This document shows positions 1 through 12,420 of a stretch of DNA of 64,000 nt, one piece after another (position 1 is the stretch's first letter; every line of letters starts with the position of its first letter). This DNA is from Paragordius varius. Taxonomy: Eukaryota > Animalia > Nematomorpha. The notes beneath the pieces were generated by a model. The model was not told the origin of the DNA and ran no database searches. It was given only the letters and a program-made list of their open reading frames with translations. A program made the position numbers and the translations under genes. The stretch is from positions 4,588,001 through 4,652,000 of the forward strand of contig OZ176053.1 of assembly GCA_964247055.1 (NCBI GenBank), in the 5' to 3' direction.

Positions 1-189
1 TAAAAAATAGGTATTTTTTTATTTTTAAAAATATGAGTTATTTAGGGCAAATTTAAAAGGTTCGAGGATGATGTATATATCGATTTAAGATAATTTGAAA
101 AAACTCAAATATAAAAAAATTTATACAGTGAAGAAGGTTGAAGGGTTTCATCCATCGGCAACAAATGCGATCTATATATTTGTAACATT

Positions 190-741
190 TTACTCAAAGT
201 TGTTATCATTGTTATATTTGTATTTTTGGATTAAATTGAAAACGTGTCCTCCCAAATATTGACAATTGTTCTTCCGCAATAAAATAATCCCGTATCTTAC
301 TTCAAATTCGCCATGGATAAGTATTTTACAACCAGGATAAATTAATTCAACAAATTTATCGAATTCAAATGCATGAAATATTTGATAACCATCAGTAACT
401 GTCAAATACCGGTTTTCATGCGAAAAAGACTGTTTTATATAAAAAAAACTTGCCTGAGATTTTTCGAGTTCGGTTCCATATATATCAAATTTATGAATAT
501 GGGAATATCCAGATTTTAAAATATCCTTAGCCCAAAGTAGTTGTAAAAGTAATGGGCCTTTGAATGCTTGACATTCAACCAAATTTAAATCTGGCAATTG
601 ATTTATACGCTTATATTTGGAAATATCAAAAGATTCTGTAATGTCATAATGCATAGCTTCTTTAATAAGCTCATCACCTATAGATTTTCTATTTTTAGCC
701 CAAAGTTCATTTAAGAATAGATAAGTGCATAAAGCTGGCAT
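190..741 (-). CDS. RMI1: RecQ-mediated genome instability protein 1-like (N-terminal DUF1767 + OB fold); 3' end uncertain and may continue towards the window start
   Basis: ORF 190-741 contains LTVTDGYQIFHAFEF...YPGCKILIHGEFEVRYGIILLRKNNCQYLGGHV, matching the RMI1/TDRD3 OB-fold pattern (LTDG...EY...PGTKILI.G....R.GVLLL...N..VLGG.V). Upstream GPLLLQLLWAKDILKSGYSHIHK matches RMI1 (G..aLQI..lvDvS.paYSQiqK). Confidence 0.75.
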   Translation of the reverse strand: MPALCTYLFLNELWAKNRKSIGDELIKEAMHYDITESFDISKYKRINQLPDLNLVECQAFKGPLLLQLLWAKDILKSGYSHIHKFDIYGTELEKSQASFFYIKQSFSHENRYLTVTDGYQIFHAFEFDKFVELIYPGCKILIHGEFEVRYGIILLRKNNCQYLGGHVFNLIQKYKYNNDNNFE

Positions 742-798
742 TTAAATTTAGGGATTTCAAAATATTAATTCATACATTATGTCATTTGCCAAATTTAA

Positions 799-1435
799 AT
801 GCACTCTTTGAATTCAATTATATCCACAGGAGTATTTATTTTAATATTATAAATCTTTTTACATAGTTTGAACATATTAAAAAGGATTATTTGCGGAAAA
901 AGGCACAGCAAAATGAATCAAAATGCAATACTGTCAAAATGGAATCAGAGGGACAAACATTAAATGTTATAATTAATAAACCCAAAGTAATATATTATTG
1001 AGATATTTATTTATAGGATAAAGAATTTAAAATGAAAGTCAGAAGTAAGGAAAGTAATTATCGAAGGAAAAAGGACGAAACAGAAGACGAAGATTATGAA
1101 GAGCAAAGAGTTATTCTTTCAAAGTATGATTCTTTAGTACTTGCCAATTTTATTTTTCAAAATTTATTATATTATTTTACTAGGAAACGTTTATTGGCAA
1201 AAAGCAAAGTTTATGATAAATTAACCCATACTCTCCCAAACGATGATATTAATTCACTCTACAGTGTTGATTTCCAAAGAAAATACTTGGAAAATGACGA
1301 TTCTGGCAAAGAGTTTATTTTTTAAAATTAAATATGTAATCAGAGAAGAATATAAAGAGTATCCAGATAAAGAGCTTAAAGTTTCTGAAGCAGTTCATTT
1401 TCAAGAAGTTTTTGGAGACGGTAATATCTTTAAAA

Positions 1436-1489
<54 letters not shown>

Positions 1490-4400
1490 CATTTTAAATG
1501 TCACAAACATATATCATATATGATTTGTCTAAATATATAATGTTACACTTAGGTTGGGCCTTTGATGTTTCAAAATATAATAACCAGCCCGAACGCTTAT
1601 CAATGCAGTTATTCATGATTATAAATATTAAATATATGTTTTAATCAAACCACTAAATTATGTAAAAGTATGATTTGGGTTTACTTTTAATAATATATTT
1701 TTTACTACTAATAAAAATTTACAAATTATAAAAAATTTTAATTTTATTCTGTTTAATTAAAGTTTTATTTTTTTATCATTTCCTTATACATATTTCACAT
1801 GATAAACATATTTATGGTTTATAAAACGGTCACATTTACGGTCATACATGCATTTATAACCGGTCCGGCCTAACCCAAATTTGAACCAATTTTGTTTTCT
1901 TAAATAATTTATTTTGCACTTTCAATATATTATATATATTTTCTCAGAGGCCCGAGAATTGGGAGTCGGTTATTACAAATTCAGTACGGATGAAGAAGAA
2001 CGTCAAAAACAGATGGCTGAATTCGAACGAATGGCTCGTGAGCGCGAACAAATTCGATCAAATAACCCTGAATTACAAGCTAAAATCCGTTTAAAATATC
2101 GGTATCCTTATAGTTTGAATATAAAATTTTTTATTTTTATTTACCGTTTTTAATATGATGTCATTAGTGTTTGAATCAGGGGTGTCCAACACAAATGGCT
2201 TTGAGGGCCGCATACACAAAATATGGACATTAACAAATATTTTATTAAAATTTAAACTTAAGACTGTAATAACTACTAGCTATTAATATAAATAATAATT
2301 ATTATTTCATTGCCGTGATTCGGCAAGACTTATTTTAAAATGTGTTATCAATTTTTACATGGATTTCGTAAAGTTTTGTATTTATTCTCGTGGGCTGCAG
2401 GGGTCGCATTCTGAAAACCCCTGAATTAATGTTTAAGCAAACTAGAATCCGATTAAAATATGTATATACCCTTATTTGAATATTTATTATTAATTTTGTA
2501 TTTCATTCAATTCCTTTTTATTAGGTAGCTAGCGTAAATCTCGTGCTGCTACGCAGCCCGAGGAAGTCCTTTGGCTTCTGGGGAGGGGGGGGGGGGTTCG
2601 ATGTTTTGGGTCTACCGGTTTTCCGGTACCAGATCACAAAGTTACATGAGGAATCAGTTTTTAGCGGGTAGCTCCTTACCCAGCAGCTATCATCAAAGAA
2701 ACGCCTGACTAAAATTTTTGCTTTTTAACAGGGAATACGTAGAATCCATATTGAATTTTTACTGTTTCATACCTAGGGCGAAAAATAGATTTAAAAAATT
2801 ATTTTTGTGGACTTTGTTTTTTGAAAAAAATGGCATTTTACGGGGGGGCGGGTAAAAAGAGGGCCTAAATCAAAAAAGTGATTCGAATATGTTCGGCGCA
2901 ATTGAAAATAAGTAAAGAAAAGTCATATTTGAAATTTGGTCCAACACGTTCTCCAGAAAATTGTCTCAAAGACTCGATTTTTGTGGACTTCTGTTTTCAA
3001 AAAAAACCCGTTTTTCACACGGGGTGAGCCCGAACTGGGGGCCTATTTCAAAAAAAAGGGCGAAGCTATTTTCGGGGCATTCATTAATAATTATATTTTT
3101 TCGAAGTTTGGATTTGAATGCTACCGGTTTTCCTGTACCAGATCACAAAGCCGGCATTTTCCATTTTTATAAATATATAGATTATGTTGAATTATAAGGC
3201 GTTTTTGAGGTTGGCGAGCTTATTGTTAGAAAAATATCTAATTATTTTTCGATTTTCTCTAATATGTTAATATCATTTTATTGTTTTCTATGGTTAAATT
3301 CACCCTTATAATTATTACATAAGTTTTTAAGAAATTGGGGTTTTAAATTCAATTCTGTTGTTATTTTTGATTGTGAAAATATAATATGTTCCCCGTCAAC
3401 TATTCATGTGCCGAGTGTTTATACTTAACTAGATTGAAAAAAATTGTTAAAATTTACCTTTTTAAAATTAATATAACTAAGGTAAATAAAATCTAATTAC
3501 ATTAAATATTTATATGGAAATAAGTTAGTATTAATGTAAATTCCCATTGGTACCATATTTTTTTTATTTTTATATGGATTCATACTATTTTTATAATACA
3601 GTGAAAAAGTGTTATCACACATGCAAAAACGTGATATAAAATATTTGACTGAAGAAAAGATTGAAATCCTAATTGATGCGCAAATTGATCGCGAACGCAG
3701 AAAGCGAGAGGACTTAATACGTATTTTTATAATTATTTTGTCACCGAAAAACAGAATATTATTATATACAAAATTATAAGGATGAAACGTTAATACTAAA
3801 AAATTATTTTTTTTAAAAAAAAGAACTTTTACACCTTGGATTTTTTTAGATAAACTTGATATTTAGATGATGGAATCTAATATACCTAACTTTATCTTTT
3901 ATTTTGCAATCTGAAACGATAAGCTATATACATAAAAAATCAAGATCAAAAAATATTTTTTTCGTTTATGCTATTTGTCTCTTTATAATTTCAATTTTTA
4001 TTGTAAAATATTTTGCTTTTAACTTTTTATTTTTTTAATTTTACCATTCAAGGGCGACTCATGGACGATAAGGAGGCATTTGAAGAATATAAAAAGGAAC
4101 ATCCTAGAGATTGGGACATTTATAAAATGCGAGATGAGTTACCGGAAGAACGAATCCTTGATATACCGAGACGGCCTAGCAAATGTAATAATACATTTAT
4201 TTTTTGAAAAACTTTGTGTAGGGATCGATTGTTTGACGGGTTAAAAAAATTATATCTTACTCTAACATCATATAAATGCTTACATAAACGCTCCTCATTA
4301 CCTGGCAATAGATGCTTTTTACTGTATAATGGTGTGTTGTACTAATATAAAGTGAATTTAACCATTTTAATTTGTTTTGGTGTCATAAAATAATTTTTTT

Positions 4401-6626
4401 TAGCAAAAAAAATAATCTTTAAATTATGTTTTTTGTTATATCTTGTGAGATTAACGAATGCATTCTAATTCGGTATTCAAATTACAATCATAAATTTTTT
4501 TATATTTGAAAAAAACGCAAATTATAGTTAACCAAGGTGAATGGGTCAAAAAACAAAGGGAAGAAAGAAACCCCGAATTCGCCCCGCCCACTGAACTTTA
4601 TAGTAATGATGGTAGAAATCGCCAAAATTATTCACCAGAACGTTACAGACGATCGCCATCATACACTCCCATGGATGGTATGTTTTTTTTAAATAAATTA
4701 AAAATTAAACTATTTGAAAAAAAAATGATAAAATTGGATATATATAAATCAAATTTCGTCCACTAAATTATCTGTTGTAAGATAGGAAAAAATTGTAATT
4801 CCGATCGTTTGTTCTTTTTGACGAATATTTTTTCCAATATATTTGTTACAATTTATCATGCATGATTAAGCTTTTATCTTACCTTAGAAATTTTTCAAAA
4901 TGTTAAACTATATGTACATTATCAAATAATTAAGATGGATGTTCGGTAATATACCATTTGCTTTCCAAGAGTGTCCTTAAATATTTCAAGTTGGTCCTTC
5001 AACATTTTTATTTTGTCTATACCTTCTACAATCAAATTATAAATCATACATTTGTCCTATCATTTTCTAACCCATTATCTTTATTGAACCTAAAATTTCT
5101 GTTCATTGATTTTTTTTCACTCAATAAAAGAATTAAAATTGTTTTAATATTAATTAGTTAAAAAATAAATAAGTTTTCTGGTTATTAATTGCATAGTTGA
5201 AAACATTAAAAAGCCAATATTGTTGCGTAAGAAAAATTGATTTAAACAAGTTTAAAAAATATAATATATAATAAATAATATATAGAAAATATGGTTAAAA
5301 AAGTTCAAAGATCAACTTTGTTTCAAGGAACAACATGATTTGTTTAAGAAACTATAAATGCGCTTTAACTTGTAGTGTTAAACACCTAAATTAGTTAATG
5401 CATGTTAAGCGGGAGTGAACGTACAATGTTCTTAAGAATATAAAAGTTTTGTAATGAATATGAATCATAATTTAAATAATCTCTTTTGACTACAATATCT
5501 TCATTCAACTTAAATTAGATCAATTACAACTTTTTACATTTAAAATAATAGTTTATTATTTATTAAAAGGGTTTAAACCAGCCGTGTTCAACACGCCTGC
5601 GGGCATGCGGCCTCCCAAAATATTTCAGAAGCCCACGAGAAATTATACAATAAATTTGTTCATTAAACATTTTTTCCTAATTTTGGAAGTGAACTAGCGA
5701 AAAATGCTAAAATCAATGGTAGTTTTACAGTCTTACGTTTAAAATCTGATAAAATATTTTTAAATGCTAATACAATCATAATGAAATACACATCATTGGG
5801 AAAATCACGGTTCAAGTGTCCATAAATAATATAGCCAAGGTTAGCAACCTGTTTGTCACAAAGGTTGACCCCTACCCCCCATTATTTGGGATGGATTGGA
5901 TCGATATATTATATATTTCACTTCCAAATAAATTATTTGCTCATAGTTTAATTAACACGGATAACATAAATGAATTCCCGTCCCATTAATAAAGATATTA
6001 GGTTAACATATTATGGTTTTACGCTAACTTAAAAAGATTAAGGGCCAACTTAAAGTATTCAAGGAACTTAAAGAAGTGTATAAGAATTCTCTTAAAATGT
6101 TTTAAAGACCAAGTTTAAGTGTTCAAGGACACTTTATGTGCAATTGGTGTATTTCGCATTTTTAAATATCCGAAAAAGAATTTTAAGCGATTGTTTATGC
6201 ATTATTTTTTAATTTTTAATAATTGAAAATTATATTTAGCGTTGTAAATTTGATATTGTTGATTGCTATAAAACTTGTTGTCTTTTTTAATATTTTCGTT
6301 TTGAGTTTCGAAATAAAAAACCGAAATATAAATTATTGGTCTTATCAGTTTTCGCAATTCTAATTACATAATTATATACAATAAATTAAAGTATATGATT
6401 TTCTTATAAGGATAAATGTTAGTTCTTTTACTTTTTATGTAAATTTTATTTTTACTGATTAGGTTCTAACTCAAATGAAATTTCTTACAGCACCCAAAAT
6501 AATTTCTCAACACGGTATAATAAAAGTCGTTCACATAAATCCAAATCTCGGTCCCCACCTGATTTAAGGCAAGAAAACGCCGATGATTTTATAACAAGTG
6601 CTTGTCGCATATCCCAAACACGTTAA
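799..6626 (+). CDS. CCDC174: Coiled-coil domain-containing protein 174 (DUF4078 family), 10 exons, about 394 aa
   Basis: Exons 799-831, 867-986, 1017-1123, 1184-1312, 1344-1420, 1948-2101, 3602-3720, 4053-4184, 4528-4677, 6463-6626. All junctions are GT-AG and phase-consistent (1185 nt). Motifs AKSKVYDKL..YSVDFQRK, VHFQEV..EARELGVGYYKFS, RDWD and REERNPEFAPP match CCDC174. The first exon is the least certain. Confidence 0.88.
1439..1484. repeat. (AT)n microsatellite; others at about 7737-7756, 10033-10056, 35705-35737, 56105-56121
   Basis: Long pure AT dinucleotide run read directly. Confidence 0.95.
2177..2423. mobile_element. Degenerate hAT (Charlie-like) MITE remnant; related pieces at about 5578-5830, 48178-49414, 55522-55800
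   Basis: Ends CAGGGGTGTCCAACAC...GAAAACCCCTG. The related end sequence (GAAGCCATTTGTGTTGG..ACC.CCTG) recurs at about 55770, and TTGGACACTCCTG at 49402-49414. No intact 8-bp TSD is visible. Confidence 0.45.
2529..3181 (-). mobile_element. Non-autonomous Helitron, copy 1 (653 bp), in CCDC174 intron 6
   Basis: On the minus strand it starts A|TCTATATATTTATAAAAATGG and ends with a GC hairpin (CTCGGGCTGCGTAGCAGCACGAG) 11 nt before a terminal CTAG. No TSD or TIR. Confidence 0.85.
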
Positions 6627-7300
6627 TATATTATTGAAATTTATTATAGATGAATAATAAATAAATTTTTTAATATTTTTTGTATAAATTTAATGCGAAA
6701 ATATAGCAATATCCAAAATTTTCTTTCCATACAGTAGAGTTTTTATAACACTTGAAAATGTTTTTGATTCTATCTATGAGTATTAATTGTCTATATAAAA
6801 TATGAATGATCAATTACTGAAATGTCGGAATCGACTTATTTAAAACTCGGTGTCGGTACAAATCGTTATTGACTTGTATAACTACATGATTTTTTTAAAA
6901 AAATGTGCTTTGTTTTTATTAAAAATAATTCGTATAATACTTTAAAAGCCTTATTATATTAACATGATTCAAAAAAATAGTCATCGCATTCAATGATGAT
7001 AAACTATTTAAAATTTGACTACTTTCATATGGTTAATGTCTAGCGCAACATTAAAAATAATTTATTTTCGAATAATAGCAATGACTACTTTAGGGAAAAT
7101 AAAGATATCTGCTAAAAATCCTTAAACGAAGTCAAAAGCATGTTTTTGCTATATATAACCATATTTTGTGGTGTTCTTTTGATATTATATGTTTTGTTGA
7201 ATGAAGTAAAAGATTATATCAGCCTCAAAATATAAATATTAAACAGTATAGCTATTATTAATCATATCTGTTTCATTAAATTGGCTAAAACAATGCATAA

Positions 7301-7615
7301 CACTTCGATTCGAATTGGGGTATCTAAATACCCCAGACAATAGTTGAGTTGATTTTGCATTTTTTATATTACCTTATGCACACATGTCATGTTGGCTAAA
7401 TTTTTACCTTTAGCTTTTAGCTCTAAATAAGTAATATCAAGTATTTTTGAATGATTGTTTTTATATTTCGGTTGAATGTTGTTTAAGTGCAAACTTTTGC
7501 CATGATTTCAATTTATTCCATATTTTTTGAAATATTTAATTTTTAAACAAGGCTGGTGTATATATCCATCCCAATTCGAATCGAAGGACTGAAATGAATA
7601 TGTTGTTTCCAGGTG
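7301..7615 (+). mobile_element. piggyBac-like TTAA MITE family B, internally deleted copy (315 bp)
   Basis: Same ends as 32015-32599 (CACTTCGATTC.AATTGGGGTATCTAAATACCCC ... GTG|TTAA). The left TSD is degenerate (ATAA). Confidence 0.75.
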
Positions 7616-7709
7616 TTAAGTCTTTTAAAGATATGAAATTTTTTTATATTAATTGATTGTGGCGGCAGCGCTTTAAATGATAACCATGATTTTTTGAATT
7701 CATGGTGTC

Positions 7710-8890
7710 ACAGTATAGACAAAAAATATGCTGATGAAATATATATATATATATATAAAAGGGGATAATGTATCGGGGCCCCTACGAGTGATGTGAGAAA
7801 GTTATTTACACTTTTGTGGGAAGTGCTCCATATGAAAAAAATGGAAAAATTTGCGCACAATAAAATTTTTTTGACAAGCTAAATGCCTTTTATCCAATAT
7901 CATTAAAATATATCATAAACTTATATAAAGTAAAATAATATTTTTTAAAAAAATTTAATTTTTAGATGTGGGCTCCAAAAGTTGCGCTTTTTTCACTCTT
8001 CTAAAATGGGCTAGTTTTTTAAATACACGCAAAAATGCCGCTATTTTGAGATAAAAGGGTTAAATATAACCAATGGTATCTACTAAAATATTAAATGTAT
8101 ACTTTTTTGATGTCTTTAATTTTAACAATATTTGGAAGCGTACTTCGTACTATTTTGAGGCCTTCTAGAATTATAGCTAGATTTAAGATATTATAAAAAA
8201 ACACTGTTCAATTTGATAATACTGAACATCTCAATCGCTTCAAAATTTTAATATATTAAAACATTCGTTTGCTTTTTTGGAAAAAAAACACAATTTATTT
8301 TTAAAATACTTTAGAATACGAACAGATATTTTAATCAAAATTCTGAGGTGATAGAATGTTCGGCATCATCGAAATAGAAATGTTTCTATAATATTTTAAA
8401 ACGTTTTTACACCGTTTTTATAGGCCTCAAAATTGTATGAAGTACGCTTGAATCATTTACTAAAAATTGAATTTATGAAAAAGGTATGCATTTTTTTAAA
8501 GATGTTTTAAGTTGATACCAAAGTACAGCTTATATTTAACCTTTTTATCGCAAAACAGCGGCATTTTTGTGTTTATTTAAAGAAAACAAGCCCATTTTAG
8601 AAAGGCCAAAAAATCTGGGAGTTTCGGAGCCCACATCTAACAATTAAATTTGTTCAGAAATATTGTATTGCTTTTTACAGGTAGCTAATATGATATATTT
8701 CAATATTTTTTGGAATGAAGCATTTTCACAAAAAAAATTATTTAAAAAAACGTGCGCAAATTCTTCCATATGGAGGATTTACCACAAAGTGTAAATAACT
8801 TATCACTCGTAAAGAATTAAAAGCACCATCAAATACTATACATTTACCTATCGATTCTATATATTTCGTCTGGATATTTGTTTATACACC
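7710..8890. repeat. About 1.1-kb degenerate palindrome / long-TIR element (family E); related pieces at about 10440-10930, 11150-13130, 33650-34900, 35400-35760, 46300-48170, 62880-63880
   Basis: Inverted arm pairs read directly: CGAGTGAT..AAGTTATTTACACT (7785 vs 8809), TTAGATGTGGGCTCC, CTAAAATGGGCT, AAAAATGCCGCT, AAGCGTACTTC..TTTTGAGGCCT. The centre is near 8290. Boundaries are approximate. Confidence 0.65.
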
Positions 8891-9700
8891 GATTTTATAC
8901 AGAAAGTTGAGACGAGGTTTTAACTTTTTCCATGACCTTGTGAAAAAAGTCCTTGTGAAGTATATGTTTTTAGAGAATGCGAAAATTGGCTTCTGCTGTT
9001 TATTCATCAAAAGTTATCCAACCAACACCGAAAATTCTATTATCAGTTACGTTAATTAAATTTAGTGTCGCCTGAATCTAATATAAAGTCAAAGTTTAAA
9101 CAAGGAAAAATTTTCTAATGACTATAGGTAAAATCATCTGCAAGCGTAACGCATAAAAATTTGAATTCTTATTTAGAAATTATAAAAACATGTAGTCAAG
9201 TAAAATATCAAAATGATGTGGAGATCGCCGTAAAATCTTATATCATGATGCTTTAATTTTTGGGGCTTACGAGTCATTTAAAGAGGTTATTTTAATTTTT
9301 GTAGTCATTGCTCCATTCGAAAAATAGCAAAATATGCACACATTACGATAATTTTTTTATTAGAATCTAATATTCCATCCCAAATTTTATTATTAAATAT
9401 TAAAAAATCTAAGGGTGTTTTCTTTTTTACTAATATAACTGAAAATTTATATTGGGCCAATTTTAAATTATCCACAGTTTTTTTAGGCTGTGTATTAAAA
9501 AAATATTTTTTAAATATGTAATTTAAAGCCACTTCAAATTTAACCGCCATTGTTTTCTTTTGATTTACACTTGAATACAAGTAATAACTATAGTCCTTCG
9601 ATACCAAATGGAAGAGTTGACGAGAGCAGGGCTGATTTATAAAAAAATATTGAATAAACCATTTCAACAGTTTGCTCTTAAATGACATTGATGCACCAAA
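8880..9700 (-). mobile_element. Possible highly decayed non-LTR retrotransposon (L2/Crack-like) RT fragment
   Basis: Scattered frameshifted motifs LLKWFIQY (cf. L.WF.SYL), CWLDN and KVMEKVK/PRLNFLYK (cf. K...RL.FLY), in the right order but with abnormal spacing. Confidence 0.3.
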
Positions 9701-11255
9701 TATATAAATTCATATTTAAAATGGGCCAAATTTTTATTATTTTGCTGATAAACTTGAATGCAAAAATTGAGGCAACTGTGTGCATTAAGTATAAAATAAG
9801 AAACTTCTGTCTAGTTTAGTTTTTAACTGTCATTTAAAAAATAATGTTTAGCGTTATAATCTTAAATGAAATTTTTCGCTATACCGTAGAATCGAAGTAG
9901 TTTCATATGGGAGTTTTTTATCAAAAATATTTATAATTTGGCTTATTTGGGTTATTTTATAAGATAAGTGCAAATAAAATTATATACATCCGCTTTGGGA
10001 GCAAAAAATATTAATTTTAACCTAGGGTCCAGTATATATATATATATATATATATATCAAAAATATATATATAGCAGCAAGTTTTTCATATTTATTTATT
10101 AGATCAGCTGTTTGTTAAAATCGGATTTTGTAGCCAGCCTAATATCGCACTCTAGATGTTAGAGTCCGTAAAACAGAAGTATCTACAGGCGAGGAAGGTT
10201 TTGAAATTAAATTTAAACAAAACAACTTTTTGGAAAGTAGTTTATCTACAAGTTTAGGTTTGATGTCAAAAACTTAAATAAAATGTTTTGGCCTACGAAA
10301 GATGAAAAAAGCATCAAAAAACTTTATTGATCTTGAAAAATACATAAAATTTGATGATATTAAAAATTTTTGCCCTCAAATTTGGATTAAATAAATATGT
10401 GCTTTTCGCCATAAATTTAAAAGTATGATAATTAAAATTATTTAAAACCGTGAGTCAAATTGTATCGAAAAGTATGAAGTACGCTTCTACGAAATTTAGC
10501 TAAAAAATAAATTATTGAATAAAGTATGCATTCTTTCAAAATGTTTATAATACCATAATCTAGCATATATTAAAAAAATATATTGAAATCTTGGCATTTT
10601 TCCATTTACTATCCCATTTCAGAAGAACGAAACAATTTGGGGCATTTGGAACCACATCCAAAAATTAATTTAAAAAATTTTGTTTTGCTTTCCAAAAATA
10701 GTATATCATATATACTGATGATATTTTTTGGAATAAAGCGTTAAGCTTTTAACACAAAAATTTAATATTATGTGCGCTGATTTTGCGTTTTTTTGATATC
10801 GATCGAACACCAAAATGCTAATACCTTCTTAAATGAGGCGTAGGTCCGAAAAATCATCAGGAGAGTTTTATAACTTTTATTTATCAGAATATATATATAT
10901 ATTATCAAGATATTTTTACGCAACCGATGTAGGACGCAGTATTACTATGTTAGAAATTGTGGTGTAGCATGATTTATTTTGTTAACATAAATTATACAAT
11001 ACACTTAATTTTATTTACAAATAAGTGTTATTGATAATCAAGTCATTATTTTTATTGTGTATTTATTAATTTGCTATTGCAGATATATCTATATTTACCA
11101 CATTAGGCTAGATAATCTTATGTTGTGCAAGTTATACCCTTATTCCAAAAATATTACATCATAAACTACATTTAAAAGCTAAGTAATATATATATACTAA
11201 ATTTTAATTTAAAATTATGGGTTAAAAACTTTTAAATTTTTGGACCCGCCTAAAA

Positions 11256-12420
11256 TCTATACATATTTATAAAAATGGAAAATGCTGGCTTTGTGAACTG
11301 TTTCCGGAAAACCGGTAGAGCCATTCAAATCCAAATGTCGAAAAAATATAATCATTAATGAATGCCCTGACAATAGCTTCCCCCTTTTTTTAAATTAGGT
11401 CTCCAATTCGGGCCCACCCCGTGTAAAAAACGGGTTTTTTTGAAAACAGTCCATAAAAATCGTGTTGAGACAATTTTCCGGAAAACGTGTTGGAGATTTT
11501 TTTTACTTATTTTCGATTGCGCCGAACATAGTCGGCTCGCTTATTTAATTTAGGCCCTCTTTTTAACCGCTCCCCCCGTAAAATGACATTTTTTCAAAAA
11601 AATTAAGACCACAAAAATAATTTGTTTAATCTTTTTTTCACCCAAAGTATAAGACCGTAAAAATTAAATAGGATCCCAGGTAGTTGCCGTAAAAAGGGAA
11701 AATTAGCGTTTCTTTGATGATAGCTGCTGGGTAAGAAACTACCCGCCAAAAATTGCGCCACTATATAGAAATTACGTTGTTTTGGAGCTATTTTAAAGAA
11801 AACTTATGCCATATGAGCTCATTTAAAGTTTGAAATATTACCCGTAACTAGGTAAATTAAGTTCAGGCCTTTTTTTATTAGCCGTTAATTGGGGCCTTTA
11901 TGCCCTAAAAATACGCCATCATATAACGATTATTTAGTGTTGAGGTATTTTTTCGAATATTCCATGAGACGATGGTCTCAAAGATGATTTCAAATATTTT
12001 CTCTATAAAGGCAACAAATTTAACTCAGCGCTTTTTCCTATAGGCCTATGGGTAGGGGTCTACCGGTTTAAAACTGAGAGGCCATACAAAAATAGCGTGG
12101 CTTTGGAGCTAATTTTCAAAAAACTTAAGAAGCCATACGAGTTTAATAAAGGCTTTAAATATTACCCATAAAAAGGTAAAAATTATAGTATAGCGGTTTT
12201 TTCTGTTAGCCGTTGGGGCCTTTACACCAGTAAATAATATATTAGTATGAATTCAAGGTTCTGAAAATCCTATGAGATCATAGCTATTAAATAATGTTTC
12301 GAAATAATCCACATATATGGATCATTTTACTAATCCCTTTTTTCAAATAGCCCCCCCCCCCCCCCCCGCCCCAGTAGAAGGACTTCCTCGGGCTGCGTAG
12401 CAGCACGAGATTTACGCTAG
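11256..12420 (+). mobile_element. Non-autonomous Helitron, copy 2 (1165 bp)
   Basis: A|TCTATACATATTTATAAAAATGG ... poly-C, hairpin, ATTTACGCTAG|T. Inserted at an A|T dinucleotide with no TSD. Carries two internal units of about 300 bp. Confidence 0.9.

Noticed and set aside
2936-3197. Repeated ORFs (2936, 2961, 29812, 37004, 37065, 37292, 37836, 38533, 38619) with similar translations, suggesting a gene family
   Set aside because: All lie inside copies of the non-coding Helitron. Frames and stops differ between copies and there is no Rep/helicase motif.
4850-5130. Minus-strand coding-like stretch (EGIDKIKMLKDQLEIFKDTLGKQ) inside CCDC174 intron 9, a possible nested gene
   Set aside because: Candidate splice phases are incompatible, the open frame is only about 40 aa, and I recognise no family.
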